From contig JANRIL010000042.1 of the NCBI GenBank assembly GCA_033764955.1, forward strand, positions 96,001 through 160,000: a stretch of 64,000 bases of DNA, written 5' to 3'. Shown here one piece after another: positions 9,576 to 20,172 of this stretch. The DNA is from Cyanobacteriota bacterium. GTDB lineage: Bacteria; Cyanobacteriota; Cyanobacteriia; Thermostichales; Thermostichaceae. The first letter of the stretch is position 1. Every line of letters begins with the position of its first letter. The translations under genes were made by a program, and so were the position numbers. Under the pieces are notes generated by a model. That model was not told the DNA's origin, searched no databases, and saw nothing but the letters and a program-made list of their open reading frames with translations.

Positions 9576-12410
9576 ATGACTGCTCTTTATCAATCGGATA
9601 GCCAGCCGTTGACTCAGACATCCCCTACCGAATCACCCGTAGAAATGCGGGATTGGTTGGCGGCGCTTGAGGCGATTCGCTCTGAACTGAATCGTTCTCG
9701 AACCCTAGAGGATCCCGAATTGCGGGAGCGATTTCATCACCTCGACCTACAAACCCAACGGTTGCAACATCAGGTGAGTGGTGTGATGCAGACGGCTGGA
9801 GCGGAGTTGTTTCGGGCGGAACGGGAACAATTGGCTCGCTTGGTCAACCCGATGCGGCAGGCTCCCGATATCTCCTCTCTCCTCAATACCTGTGTGGGGT
9901 TGATCCGCGATCAGTTGGGGGCGGAACGGGTGCTGATTTTTCGCTTTGGCAACGAACGGCAGGGATCCGTGGTCGCAGAGGCGATGGAGCAGGGCTGGAC
10001 TCCCGCCTTGGGGGAGAGCTTGCCCATCACCACCTTTGGTTTGGATGTGAGCAGCGAGTTTTTACGCTTTCCCCTCCTCAAGATGGATGATGTCAGTCAA
10101 GCCGGACTCACCCCCTATCAACGGCAACTGCTGGATCGCTTTCAGGTGAAGGCACAACTGGTGCTGGTCATCCGCGTGGCTGGGGATCCCTGGGGATTGT
10201 TGGTGGTGCAGCGCTGTCTCAAGCCGATCCTCTGGTCGGAGGCGGATCTGAGTTTACTGTCGCAGGTGGTGACCGAACTGACGCTACTGCTGCAACCCTT
10301 AGAAAGCCAAGCCGAGAGCGAGGCCAAAATCCTCTGGGAGCGTAACCTCAGCGATCTCTTAGGTAAAATGCTCGATCAAATCCGGCAGACCGCCTCGATA
10401 GAGCAGGTATTTAAGAGCATCACCGGTGATTTGCGCTCCCTCCTCAAAACGGATCGCGTGGCAATTTATCGCTTTAACCCCAACTGGAGTGGCCAATTTG
10501 TAGCGGAATCGGTGGCAGCAGGCTGGGTAAAATTGGTGGGGCAGGATGTCAACGATACCTACTTCACCGAAACCCAGGGATCCACCTATCGGCAGGGGCA
10601 GAGTCTGGTGGTTCACGACCTCGCCCAATCGGGGCATTCCGCCTGCCATCGGGAGTTGATTGAACAATTCCAGGCCAAAGCCTATGTCGTCGTGCCGATT
10701 TTGCAGGGGGATACCCTCTGGGGTTTGTTGGCGGCCTATCAAAACGCCCACCCTCGCCAGTGGCAGGTAGCCGAAATCAGTCTGCTGCAACGGGTGGGAT
10801 CCCAGTTGGGAGTAGCAGTGGATCTGGCGGCCTCCCTCAAAGAGGCGCAGCGGCAGGCAGAACGGGAACAAACCCTCACCAAAATTGTTGATCGCATCCG
10901 CCAATCCCTGGATCCGGATCCCATTTTCAAATCCACCACCCAGGAAGTGCGGCAACTGCTCACCTGTGACCGCGTCGCCCTCTATCAATTTAAGGAAGAC
11001 TGGAGCGGTGAATTTGTGGCTGAATCAGTGGCAGGGGGCTGGGTCAAGCTGCTGGGGAGCCAGGTCAAAGACAGCTTCCTGGAGCGCACCCAAGGAGGAC
11101 GCTACGTTCATAATGAGTACCAAGCCGTAGATGACATCTACGCCACTGGATTTGATGCCTGCCACCTGCAATTGTTGGAGCAATTCCAGGCGCGTGCCTA
11201 TGTGATTGTGCCCGTCTTGCAGGGAGACAAACTGTGGGGCTTATTGGCGGCCTATCAAAACAGCACCACCCGCCATTGGGAAGAGTCGGAAATCAACCTG
11301 TTGATGCAGATCGGATCCCAGTTTGGCCTGGCGCTACAGCAGGCGGAGTATCTCAACCAGTTGCGTCTGCAATCGGAACAGCTAGCCGAGGCCGCCGCCC
11401 GCGAAAAAGCGGCCAAAGAACAACTGCAACAGCGAGCCATTCAACTGCTGGTGGCGGTACGCCCGGTTTTTAACGGAGATTTGACGGTGCGTGCCCCGAT
11501 TACCGAAGACGAGGTGGGAACGATTGCTGATGCCTACAACAACACCATCCAAAGCCTGCGGAAATTAGTGGTGCAGGTGCAGACCGCCGCTAGCCAGGTG
11601 GCCGACACCATTTTGGCGGGTGAAAGCGCCATGACCGGACTCTCCGCCCAAGCCCGTCAACAGCTAGAGGAGCTGACCCAAGCCCAGAACGAGATGCAGG
11701 CGGCGGTTACGTCAACCCAGGCCGTGGTCAGCAATGCAACCCAAGTGGAAGTGGCGGTGCAACAAGCCAACCAAACTCTGCAAGCGGGGGATCGCGCCAT
11801 GAACCGAACGGTGGATGGCATCTTGGCGATTCGCGATACGGTGTCGGAAACTAGCAAAAAAATCAAACGCTTGAGCGAGTCTTCCCAAAAAATCTCCAAG
11901 GTGGTCAGCCTGATTGGCAACTTTGCCACCCAAACCAACTTGCTTGCCCTAAACGCTGCCATCGAAGCCACCCGTGCGGGGGAATATGGACGGGGATTTG
12001 CGGTAGTGGCGGATGAAGTGCGTTCCCTAGCCCGCCAGTCAGCGGCAGCGACGGCGGAGATCGAAAAGCTGGTGCAGGAGATCCAGATGGAAACCAGCGA
12101 AGTGACCGCCGCCATGGAGACTGGCATCCAACAGGTGGTGGAGGGGACCTCGTTGGTGAATGAAACCCGCCAGAGCTTGAATGATATTGTGGCTTCTACG
12201 GCTCAGATCAGCCAGTTGGTACAGCAGATTACCCACGTTACCGCTCGGCAGGAGCAGCAGGCGCAGGTGGTTACCGATACCATGACGGATGTGGCCTCGA
12301 TTGCCAGCAAAACCTCAGCCGATTCTGATCAAATTGCCCAGTCCTTCTCTCACCTCTTAAAAATGGCCGAGGCACTGCAAGCCAGTGTGGGTCAATTCAA
12401 GGTGGAGTAG
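9576..12410 (+). CDS. Soluble methyl-accepting photoreceptor: 3 GAF (2 cyanobacteriochrome-type), HAMP, MCP domain (PixJ/PtxD-like)
   Basis: GAF2 and GAF3 carry CH bilin-attachment motifs (C357, C529); MCP core [31 protein letters not shown]; no TM helix. Confidence 0.92.
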   Translation: MTALYQSDSQPLTQTSPTESPVEMRDWLAALEAIRSELNRSRTLEDPELRERFHHLDLQTQRLQHQVSGVMQTAGAELFRAEREQLARLVNPMRQAPDISSLLNTCVGLIRDQLGAERVLIFRFGNERQGSVVAEAMEQGWTPALGESLPITTFGLDVSSEFLRFPLLKMDDVSQAGLTPYQRQLLDRFQVKAQLVLVIRVAGDPWGLLVVQRCLKPILWSEADLSLLSQVVTELTLLLQPLESQAESEAKILWERNLSDLLGKMLDQIRQTASIEQVFKSITGDLRSLLKTDRVAIYRFNPNWSGQFVAESVAAGWVKLVGQDVNDTYFTETQGSTYRQGQSLVVHDLAQSGHSACHRELIEQFQAKAYVVVPILQGDTLWGLLAAYQNAHPRQWQVAEISLLQRVGSQLGVAVDLAASLKEAQRQAEREQTLTKIVDRIRQSLDPDPIFKSTTQEVRQLLTCDRVALYQFKEDWSGEFVAESVAGGWVKLLGSQVKDSFLERTQGGRYVHNEYQAVDDIYATGFDACHLQLLEQFQARAYVIVPVLQGDKLWGLLAAYQNSTTRHWEESEINLLMQIGSQFGLALQQAEYLNQLRLQSEQLAEAAAREKAAKEQLQQRAIQLLVAVRPVFNGDLTVRAPITEDEVGTIADAYNNTIQSLRKLVVQVQTAASQVADTILAGESAMTGLSAQARQQLEELTQAQNEMQAAVTSTQAVVSNATQVEVAVQQANQTLQAGDRAMNRTVDGILAIRDTVSETSKKIKRLSESSQKISKVVSLIGNFATQTNLLALNAAIEATRAGEYGRGFAVVADEVRSLARQSAAATAEIEKLVQEIQMETSEVTAAMETGIQQVVEGTSLVNETRQSLNDIVASTAQISQLVQQITHVTARQEQQAQVVTDTMTDVASIASKTSADSDQIAQSFSHLLKMAEALQASVGQFKVE

Positions 12411-12566
12411 CGCCGGCATTCCTCTCGTATGGATAACCCTTTCCCCAGGGATGGTTGGAGGCAATTTCGCCAACGGGCGCGTGCCCTCAAGCAACGCTCA
12501 CGAGCGGTGCCCCGCCGACCGACTTTCTGCCATCCCGCTTCCCCTCACCCTCGGAGTACCTCCCCT

Positions 12567-15500
12567 ATGGCGATGGATCCCCATATTGTTGATCAGGGCT
12601 ATATGTACTTCCTGATGGAAGCCCCCGAACTGCTGCAAACCCTAGAGCAGGAGTTAGTCAGTCTCAGCCAAGAAAAAACTGTGCCCAAGGTTCACAGTCT
12701 GATGCGAACGGCTCACACCCTCAAGGGATCCGCTGCCAGTGTGGGGCTAGAGACGATCAAGACGGTAGCGCACTATCTGGAGGATGCTTTCAAAGCCCTT
12801 TACAGCCCAGAGATCGAGATCGACAGCTCATTGGAGATGTTGCTGTTGCAGGGCTACGACTGTTTGCGGATCCCCTTGATGGCAGAGTTGCAGGGATCCC
12901 AGGTGGATGAGGTAGAGATTCTGGATCGAGCCGCCACGGTGTTTGCTCAACTGCAAGAGAAACTGGGGGATTTTATGGGTCAGGAAGCCCATATCCCCAC
13001 GTCGGTGGAGCTGGGGTTTGATATTGCCCAATCGATTTTTGAAGTGGGGGTGGGACAACGCTTGCAGGATCTAGAGGCGCTGTTGCAGGAACCGGATCCC
13101 GCGGTGGTGGAGGTGGGTTTGCGCTCCCAACTGGAGGTGTTTGTGGGGCTGGCGGAATCTCTCGATTTGCCAGGATTTGGGGCAATTGCCCAGACCACCC
13201 TAGCGGCTCTCGATGCCCATCCCGATCAGGTGCTGGCGATTGCTCAGGTGGCCGTGGCCGATCTCAAACAGGCGCGGGCGGAGGTTTTGGCGGGGGATCG
13301 CCACCGTGGTGGGGATCCCTCAGCCGCACTCCTGGCTTGGTTGCTACCCCCAATGACCGAATCTGTCCAGCCAGCACCCCCCCCTGGCCACGATTTGCTG
13401 ATCCTGCCCACAACTCTCCCGCCGTTACCGGAGCTTCTGCCCCCACTACCTCCGGATCCCGATCCGATTGACTCCTTGCTTAGCGAAATTGATGCCCTGG
13501 TCAGTCAAGCGACCCAGCAAACCGCCAGCTTGGATCCTCCCCCTCCGGCTCCTCCCTCCCTGGAGTCGATCCCTCCCCTGCCCGCTCCCCCCTCCCTAGA
13601 AGCCATGTTTGCGGGCTTGGCGACGGGATCCCTATCCGATTTACCCCTCGATTTGCCCTCCAATTTATCCCCCGATTTACGATCTCATTTGCCGACGACG
13701 ACTGCATCGGTGGCTCCTCAACCCCTGGCGGATCCTCCCTCGCTGGAGGCCATGTTTGCTGGACTGGCTCCTCCGCTCCCCCCTTCCCCAAATCCAGGGA
13801 TGCCCTCAGTACTTCCTGAGTTGAAGCCTGAGTTGGCTGAACCCGCTAATTTGCCGGTGATTTCATCGGATTTACCCAAAAACTCACTGCCTCCTCCCTC
13901 TGGGATCCCTGATCTCCCCATTGCGGATCTGGCTCCTGCCACAGCCTCTTCCCCCGCCCCAAGCTCACCACCGGCGGCGAGTTCAACCTCCCTCGTACTT
14001 TCCCAAATCTGGGGATCCTTCGCCGCGACGGCTCCTAGCCAGAACCTTGTGATCGCCGATCCACCCCCCCTAGAGGCCAAATTTGCCCCACCCACCCAGC
14101 CCACCCAGCCCCGTCCCTCCGTGCGCGTAGATGTGGAACTGCTGGAGCGGCTCAACAACCTGGTAGGGGAACTGCTGATCAACCAAAATCGGCAGGCTCT
14201 CCAAAACCAAAACCTGCAACAGGGGGTGCAACAATTGCTCACCCGCCTCAGCCACCACCAGCAAACCCTGGCTCGCCTTCAGGAAGTCTCCGATCAATCT
14301 TGGATCTTGCCCTCCCTCCAGCCCCGCGATCAGAGCACCCAGCAACCCCTCACTTGGCAACAACTGGCTCGTTGGGGATCCCAGGCCAACTTTGACCAAC
14401 TGGAACTGGATCACTACAGCGACCTTCAGCTCATCCTGCAACAGGCTTTTGAAGAATGGGTGCATCTGCAAGAAGCCAGCGACGCCATCGACCTATTTGC
14501 GCGGGAAGCCAACCAAACCCTGGAAAAGCAACAGCGCATGTTGACCAGTGTGCGGGATGATGTCATGCAGGCGCGCATGTTGCCCCTGGCGGAACTGTTC
14601 AATCGATTTCCCCGCATGCTGCGGGAGTTATCCGCTAAATATGGCAAGTCTGTCGATTTGCAGATGGTGGGCAGCGAAGTTTTAGTGGATAAAGCCGTTC
14701 TGGAAAAACTCTATGAACCCCTCCTTCACCTGATCCGCAACGCCTTTGACCACGGCATCGAACCCCCCGCTACCCGCCGTGCCCAGGGCAAACCGGAAAA
14801 AGGGCGGATCATGCTGCGCGCCCACTCCCAAGGGGGACGTACCCACATCCAGGTCAGCGACGATGGCCAAGGCTTACCTATCGAGCGAATTCGGCAACGG
14901 GCGGTCGAAAAAGGCTTGTTATCCGCCTCTCAAGCCCAATCTCTGCCCCTGCCCCAACTATTTGACATTTTATTTGAACCGGGCTTCTCCACCGCCGAGC
15001 AGGTGAGCGAACTTTCCGGTCGGGGAGTCGGGTTGGATGTGGTGCGGGATCAACTGCGCCACCTGAAAGGAACCGTTAGCGTTTCCTCTCAACCTCAGCA
15101 GGGATCCAGCTTCACCCTGCAAATTCCCCAAACCCTCACCATCGCCAAGCTGCTAGTCTGTCAATCTGGGCAACGGGTTTATGCCTTTCTCTCGGATGGC
15201 ATCCAACAAATCCTCATCCCCAAATCAGACCAGATGCAAACCACCCGTGGGCAAAAAGTCCTGCAATGGGGATCCACCCTCGTGCCCGTTCGCGCCCTCT
15301 CTACCCTCCTCACCTATACCTATCCGCTGCCACAGGCACAACCCTCCGTGGAAGCTGGCTCTTCCTCTCCTCTCTTGCTCCTCCACGATCAACACCGCCA
15401 TCTGGCTCTAGAGGTAGAACAACTGCTAGGCGAACAGGAACTGGTGATCAAACCCCTCGGCAACGTAATCACTCCCCCCCCCTACGTCTATGGCTGTAGC

Positions 15501-16028
15501 ATCTTGGGGGATGGTCGGCTAGCGCTGGTGGTGGATAGCATTGCCCTCATGCAGCAGATCTTGCGCCCGATTGCCCCCGCCCCCCGCCTCACTGCCCCCG
15601 ATCGACTTGCCTTGGCTGCCCCATCCCGCTCCAGTCAACTGTTATTAGTGGTGGATGACTCGATCACCCTGCGGCAAACCCTCAGCGCCACCCTCCAGCG
15701 GGCAGGATACCAGGTCATTCAAGCCCGCGATGGTCGAGAAGCCCTCGAGCAACTGCGGCAAAACCCCACCATTCAGATGGTGATCTGCGATGTAGAGATG
15801 CCCCACATGAATGGCTTTGAATTCCTTAGTCACTGCCAAAAAAGCGGATCCCTCCAGCAGTCTCCGGTGGTCATGCTCACCTCCCGCAGCGGCGATAAGC
15901 ATCGGCAAATGGCAATGACGTTGGGAGCCTCCGCCTATCTCAGCAAACCCTACCTAGAACACGAACTGCTCGCCACCCTCCAGCAGGTGCTAACTCCTCA
16001 GCCCAGCTCACCCCCCCTCTCTCTATGA
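12567..16028 (+). CDS. cheA: CheA-type hybrid kinase (Hpt, Pro-rich linker, dimerisation, HATPase, CheW, REC)
   Basis: AHTLKG Hpt, HLIRNAFDHGIE, SGRGVGLDVV, C-terminal REC; ATG 12567 with GGAG RBS preferred over ORF start 12429. Confidence 0.93.
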   Translation: MAMDPHIVDQGYMYFLMEAPELLQTLEQELVSLSQEKTVPKVHSLMRTAHTLKGSAASVGLETIKTVAHYLEDAFKALYSPEIEIDSSLEMLLLQGYDCLRIPLMAELQGSQVDEVEILDRAATVFAQLQEKLGDFMGQEAHIPTSVELGFDIAQSIFEVGVGQRLQDLEALLQEPDPAVVEVGLRSQLEVFVGLAESLDLPGFGAIAQTTLAALDAHPDQVLAIAQVAVADLKQARAEVLAGDRHRGGDPSAALLAWLLPPMTESVQPAPPPGHDLLILPTTLPPLPELLPPLPPDPDPIDSLLSEIDALVSQATQQTASLDPPPPAPPSLESIPPLPAPPSLEAMFAGLATGSLSDLPLDLPSNLSPDLRSHLPTTTASVAPQPLADPPSLEAMFAGLAPPLPPSPNPGMPSVLPELKPELAEPANLPVISSDLPKNSLPPPSGIPDLPIADLAPATASSPAPSSPPAASSTSLVLSQIWGSFAATAPSQNLVIADPPPLEAKFAPPTQPTQPRPSVRVDVELLERLNNLVGELLINQNRQALQNQNLQQGVQQLLTRLSHHQQTLARLQEVSDQSWILPSLQPRDQSTQQPLTWQQLARWGSQANFDQLELDHYSDLQLILQQAFEEWVHLQEASDAIDLFAREANQTLEKQQRMLTSVRDDVMQARMLPLAELFNRFPRMLRELSAKYGKSVDLQMVGSEVLVDKAVLEKLYEPLLHLIRNAFDHGIEPPATRRAQGKPEKGRIMLRAHSQGGRTHIQVSDDGQGLPIERIRQRAVEKGLLSASQAQSLPLPQLFDILFEPGFSTAEQVSELSGRGVGLDVVRDQLRHLKGTVSVSSQPQQGSSFTLQIPQTLTIAKLLVCQSGQRVYAFLSDGIQQILIPKSDQMQTTRGQKVLQWGSTLVPVRALSTLLTYTYPLPQAQPSVEAGSSSPLLLLHDQHRHLALEVEQLLGEQELVIKPLGNVITPPPYVYGCSILGDGRLALVVDSIALMQQILRPIAPAPRLTAPDRLALAAPSRSSQLLLVVDDSITLRQTLSATLQRAGYQVIQARDGREALEQLRQNPTIQMVICDVEMPHMNGFEFLSHCQKSGSLQQSPVVMLTSRSGDKHRQMAMTLGASAYLSKPYLEHELLATLQQVLTPQPSSPPLSL

Positions 16029-16561
16029 CACCCACCCCTGCCCCAGACTTCCTCAAGGTGATCACCTTCACCGTGGCATCCCAACCCTTAGCCCTCCCCC
16101 TAGCCCAGGGCAAAGACAGCCCTTTTCCCGTTGTGCAACGGGTGATCCATAGCCCCGTCAGTCTGAACCACCATCCTCTACAACTGCTGCATTGGGAAGA
16201 TCAGGATGTGATCATTCTCAATCTGCACAGCCTATCCACCCCTGCTCAGGCGATCCCCCCCTTCTTAATTTTGGTGCAGACCCCCAACCAAGAATGCTAT
16301 GGGATCCCGGTTAGCGATCCCCCTAGCCTACTCGAACTCCCCCTTGCAACCATCCGCCCCCTGCCCCCCTCCTATGCCCAAAGGGATCCCCTCGGCATGG
16401 CCAGCTATATCGCCGTGTTACCCCAAAGCGGGGATCCCCTCATTCTCTTTTTGCTCGATCTCAACCGCGCGCTCCAGGTTTTAAGCCAGCCTCCCACTCC
16501 TCCATCCGGCTTATCCCCCGCCGCTGGCTCCCCCCCAACCAGGGATCCCTTCCTCCTCTAA
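16025..16561 (+). CDS. CheW-like protein
   Basis: ATGA overlap with cheA; F...LALPL...YGIPV...LFLLDL pattern typical of the terminal CheW of cyanobacterial taxis operons. Confidence 0.75.
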   Translation: MTPTPAPDFLKVITFTVASQPLALPLAQGKDSPFPVVQRVIHSPVSLNHHPLQLLHWEDQDVIILNLHSLSTPAQAIPPFLILVQTPNQECYGIPVSDPPSLLELPLATIRPLPPSYAQRDPLGMASYIAVLPQSGDPLILFLLDLNRALQVLSQPPTPPSGLSPAAGSPPTRDPFLL

Positions 16562-18087
16562 TGGGCGACTATTTCAGGGAGAGATTGAAAAGTATGGGGA
16601 TGCCAGATGGGTAAATCAAAATAAAAGGTTGTGCCTTGGTTTACCACCGAATCAAAACCAATGTGTCCCCCCAGTTTTTCGACAATGGCTTTACTGATAC
16701 TCAACCCCAAGCCCGTTCCGCCCCGTTGGCGAGTATTTGAAGAGTCTGATTGAGCAAATTTCTGAAAAATATAGCTGCGAAATTCCTCAGAGATCCCACA
16801 GCCTTGGTCAATAACTGCCACCCGACAAAATGACCCTTGCTGCGAAACTACCACTTTGACCACACTATCAGGGGGAGAAAACTTAGCCGCATTGGAGAGT
16901 AAATTGGTCAACACCTGCAAAAGGCGATTGCTGTCAGCATTCACCCAGACATCCGGATAACCCGGTTCGAGATCTACCCTCACGCCATATTGCGCCGCAA
17001 AAGCCAGATTGGCCTCAACCGACTGTTGAATAATAGGCACCAAAGCCATTGGCTGAACGTTAAATTCCATGCGACCGGCTTCAATCTTTTCGATATCCAA
17101 AATATCGTTGATCAACAGTACCAATCGTTCGCTACTGCGATAGGCAATCTCGGTTAGCGCACGGGCTTGGGCGGGTAACTCTCCCAAAACCCCTCCCACA
17201 ATTAACCCTAAAGCTCCCCGAATTGAGGTGAGGGGGGTTCTCAGCTCGTGGCTGACGGTGGAAACAAATTCATTTTTGAGACGGTCAATCTTTTTCCGTT
17301 CGGTGATGTCTTCCACCAAACCCTCGTAATGATGTAGGGTGCCCCCCTCGCCATAGACAGCGCGTGCGCTTTGAGCAATCCAAATAATTCGTCCATCTTT
17401 GCGATAAACCTGGGATTCCAGGCGGGATACCTGTCCTTTTTCTTGCAAAAGGCGAATGAATCGATGATGGTCTTCCGGTTCCAAATAAAAAAGTTGGGGC
17501 ACGCGATCACGGGAATGCTCTACCATTTCACTTGGAGATGGATAGCCATAAATACGAGCCATCGCATAATTGACATCAATATAATTGCCGTCGGGAGCGA
17601 TCTGACACATCCCTTCCATCGCATTTTCAAAAATTCCGCGATAACGAGCTTCGGCTTTGTGTAAACTGGCTTCTACCGTATCTCCATGTTCGGTGGTAGT
17701 TTCCAAAATTAACTCTAAATCGGCTTTGCTGCGGCTCAATTCTTCCGCTTTTTCGTAAAGATGATCCTCCACCAAATCCCCATGCTGGGTGGTGGTCTCT
17801 AATAAAAGTTCCAGATCGGTTTTGGTCAAATATAGTTCTTCGGTGGTGGAATGCAGGTCTTCCTCAACCGCATCCCCATGCTCAGTGGTGGTTTCCAGCA
17901 GGATCTCCAGATCCAGTTTTTCCTGTTGAAGCCTATCAAGTTCTCCCCGTAAACGCTCAAGATCCTGGACAAGGGCGGCTTTTTCTTGAGTCAGCTTGGC
18001 TACCTCAAGTTTGAGATCTTCCATTTTGAGCAGGAGATCCTTCTTAAGGGGCTTTTTGCCTGATGGATGGGGCGATTTAGCAGACAC
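16558..18087 (-). CDS. Soluble PAS sensor histidine kinase with three N-terminal 32-aa 'LE.LLETTT.HGD.VE' repeats
   Basis: SHELRTPLT H-box, NLLSNAAKF, GGTGLGL; PAS/PAC (RKDG..IW..EDITERK); start is GTG and uncertain. Confidence 0.9.
   Translation of the reverse strand: MSAKSPHPSGKKPLKKDLLLKMEDLKLEVAKLTQEKAALVQDLERLRGELDRLQQEKLDLEILLETTTEHGDAVEEDLHSTTEELYLTKTDLELLLETTTQHGDLVEDHLYEKAEELSRSKADLELILETTTEHGDTVEASLHKAEARYRGIFENAMEGMCQIAPDGNYIDVNYAMARIYGYPSPSEMVEHSRDRVPQLFYLEPEDHHRFIRLLQEKGQVSRLESQVYRKDGRIIWIAQSARAVYGEGGTLHHYEGLVEDITERKKIDRLKNEFVSTVSHELRTPLTSIRGALGLIVGGVLGELPAQARALTEIAYRSSERLVLLINDILDIEKIEAGRMEFNVQPMALVPIIQQSVEANLAFAAQYGVRVDLEPGYPDVWVNADSNRLLQVLTNLLSNAAKFSPPDSVVKVVVSQQGSFCRVAVIDQGCGISEEFRSYIFQKFAQSDSSNTRQRGGTGLGLSISKAIVEKLGGHIGFDSVVNQGTTFYFDLPIWHPHTFQSLPEIVAH
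17659..17919 (-). repeat. Three tandem 96-nt (32-aa) intragenic repeats
   Basis: KLDLEILLETTTEHGDAVEEDLH / KTDLELLLETTTQHGDLVEDHLY / KADLELILETTTEHGDTVEASLH; His at aa 70, 102, 134. Confidence 0.92.
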
Positions 18088-18116
18088 AGATCAGCGCAGC
18101 CTCACGGAAGGCACAA

Positions 18117-18461
18117 CTATTCTAGTTCCAAGATCATGCTGGGGAGGAGACGTTGCAGATTTTTTAGAGATTTGCCCTGCCAAGGAATCAGCTTGGATCC
18201 CTGAACGATGATTTTTAGGCTACCCTGCTGTCGGATTTTGAGAACAAACTTAGAGAGCATGTTAATGCCAGAACTGTTGAGAAATTGCAGATCCCGCAGA
18301 TCCAACTTGAGAGATTCCTGCTGTTGGTCGGCAGCATCCCCTAAGAGCTGAGCTACGGGGGCATATTCTTCTGTGCCCGCTAGCCGTAGGGATCCCTGGC
18401 AAACCACCGTTCCCGCTTCGGCATCGTAGTAAACGTAATAGTCGTCAGTCTTAATTTCCAT
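18117..18461 (-). CDS. STAS-like anti-anti-sigma/partner-switch protein (Slr1659-like)
   Basis: GSLRL...LDLRDLQFLNSSGI: STAS-type motif with candidate phospho-Ser (N62-S63-S64-G65). Confidence 0.78.
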   Translation of the reverse strand: MEIKTDDYYVYYDAEAGTVVCQGSLRLAGTEEYAPVAQLLGDAADQQQESLKLDLRDLQFLNSSGINMLSKFVLKIRQQGSLKIIVQGSKLIPWQGKSLKNLQRLLPSMILELE

Positions 18462-18533
18462 GCTGCAACGGCTCCTTGATTATGTCTTGCTATTCATTCG
18501 CATGATCGAAATGGGTGAGACTGGGGTAAAACC

Positions 18534-19094
18534 TTAGAGGGTTTCCGCGAGAAGTTGCACCATGGTGGTGACGGCCACCGTCTCGATATTATTGCGCTGA
18601 ATCGTCTCAAACTTCCAGCCCAATTCGGCCTGATAGTCGTTGATCATCGTCAGATATCCCAACCCAGACTGCCCCGATTCATCCGGCTCTTCGATACGCT
18701 TAACATAGAGATCCCCTGGATCAGAGGTGCTCAACTCCTGGATAAACTCCTGAAATCCTCCCACTTTAGCAGGGGCAATCGAGTTCGTGGTTAAAAAGAT
18801 CAAGTGATGGGTGTTGACATAGAGGGCAATCGTAATCGAATCACCCGTCCGATCATCGTTATATTTCATGGCATTTTCAATCAGTTCATTGGCAATAAAG
18901 CTGATGGCACTTTTGACAGGGGCAGCAATCTCACCAGGGAAGAACGTCGCCATGTAGTCCGCCATAAAATCAGCCGACAATCCACTCGTACTCCATCGTT
19001 CCTTGAGGGGAACCGAGCTAGGGGAGAACCTGAGAATTAAATACTCTTCCCCTTTAGGTAAGTCATCTCGAAATTGTCCAAAAATTTGACTCAC
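18534..19094 (-). CDS. Anti-sigma-kinase-like GHKL protein (Slr1658/SiaB-like)
   Basis: N-box ELIENAMKY and G2-like SGLGYLTM, with no His-kinase dimerisation domain; GTG start with GAGG RBS. Confidence 0.75.
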   Translation of the reverse strand: MSQIFGQFRDDLPKGEEYLILRFSPSSVPLKERWSTSGLSADFMADYMATFFPGEIAAPVKSAISFIANELIENAMKYNDDRTGDSITIALYVNTHHLIFLTTNSIAPAKVGGFQEFIQELSTSDPGDLYVKRIEEPDESGQSGLGYLTMINDYQAELGWKFETIQRNNIETVAVTTMVQLLAETL

Positions 19095-19150
19095 GGGAAC
19101 CTCTCAAATAGGGGAGTAATCAAAGAGTATAAAAGGATAGCTCTTGCCAT

Positions 19151-19900
19151 TCATTGCCGTTTTAATACCAATACCGTGATATCGTCATAAACCTTCTGAG
19201 TGCCAATGTAGTTTCGCACATCTTGAATCACTTTTTCACGAATCTGTTGGGAGGGATCCCCCCAACAGTCCACGATGATTTGGCAAAGGCGATCAACCCA
19301 TGAGGTTCTCCCGCCGGATTTTCCGCTTCCGGGATGCCGTCAGTATAAAGCACGAGGCCATCCCCTACCTCCAAAAACAGTTGAGTCTGCCCAATAAAAA
19401 GCGAGATATCCATCTCTAGACCAAGCAGAAAGCCCAAGTCTATGGTGTCAATCCGCTCCATCATTCGATTGACTCCCACCAATACCATCTCCTCGTGTTG
19501 TCCTGTTAACCATAAATGCCCTTCGTAATAATCCAGCAAAGCCAGGGTTAAGTTTTTGTCGGAATTCATCCGTTGCAGGTTTTGGTAGATGGTTTGGTTG
19601 AGGGTGCTGAGAAACTTGATGGGATCCCTTTCCTGATTGACCAGTAGGGTACGCACCGCCGTTTGAACCATGATCGTCTTCAGCGCTGAGTCGGAGGTTC
19701 TCGTGCTTGAGCCGCTCGTTTAAGATAGTGATTGCTTGGTTGGCTTGGGCAAGCTGCTGGAGGGTCTCCGGCAAGGCCACTTCTGCTAGTTTGCGCTCTG
19801 TAATATCCTCGACCGCACCTAATAATACAAACGCCGATCAGCAGCGTCACAAATGTTGTGGGCACTCTCAGAAATCCAGACCCGTTTGCCATCCTTACAG
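19151..19900 (-). pseudogene. Degraded PAS/PAC-SpoIIE (PP2C) phosphatase
   Basis: Fragments in several frames: PAC (KDGKRVWISESA...EDITERK), coiled coil ENLRLSAE, about 60 codons missing, MVQTAVRTLL...YTDGIPEAEN, frameshift near 19295, then QKVYDDITVLVLKRQ-stop; paralogous to 20978..22966. Confidence 0.88.
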
Positions 19901-20054
19901 TTGATCCAACTGAAAAATCCTCCCTCTATCACCCATACAGTAAGCTCTTAGGAAATCCAGACCAAGGGACTGACCGAGGCGGGCGATAGACTGAAGACGA
20001 CCCTTTCAGCGAGTGGTCGGGATCCTATTCATCTAGCCACCCCATAACCTGCTG

Positions 20055-20097
20055 TGTGATTTGTATCATTTCATGCTGGGGTGATGACAGATATACT
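20055..20097 (+). promoter_or_regulatory. Putative CRP-family site with class II promoter for the diguanylate cyclase
   Basis: TGTGA-N6-TCAtt (20055-20070) and TATACT -10 (20092-20097), placing the site centre near -41.5. Confidence 0.4.
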
Positions 20098-20172
20098 GAA
20101 GAAGATGGGTAGTATAAGTTACACGGGGTGGCGCAGCTTTCGTGTTTTCCCGGTGGCAATTGTGGAGTCTCT

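Noticed and set aside
12411..12566. GC-rich mini-hairpins between the MCP gene and cheA
   Set aside because: Stems are short and I cannot distinguish them from chance or an mRNA-stability element
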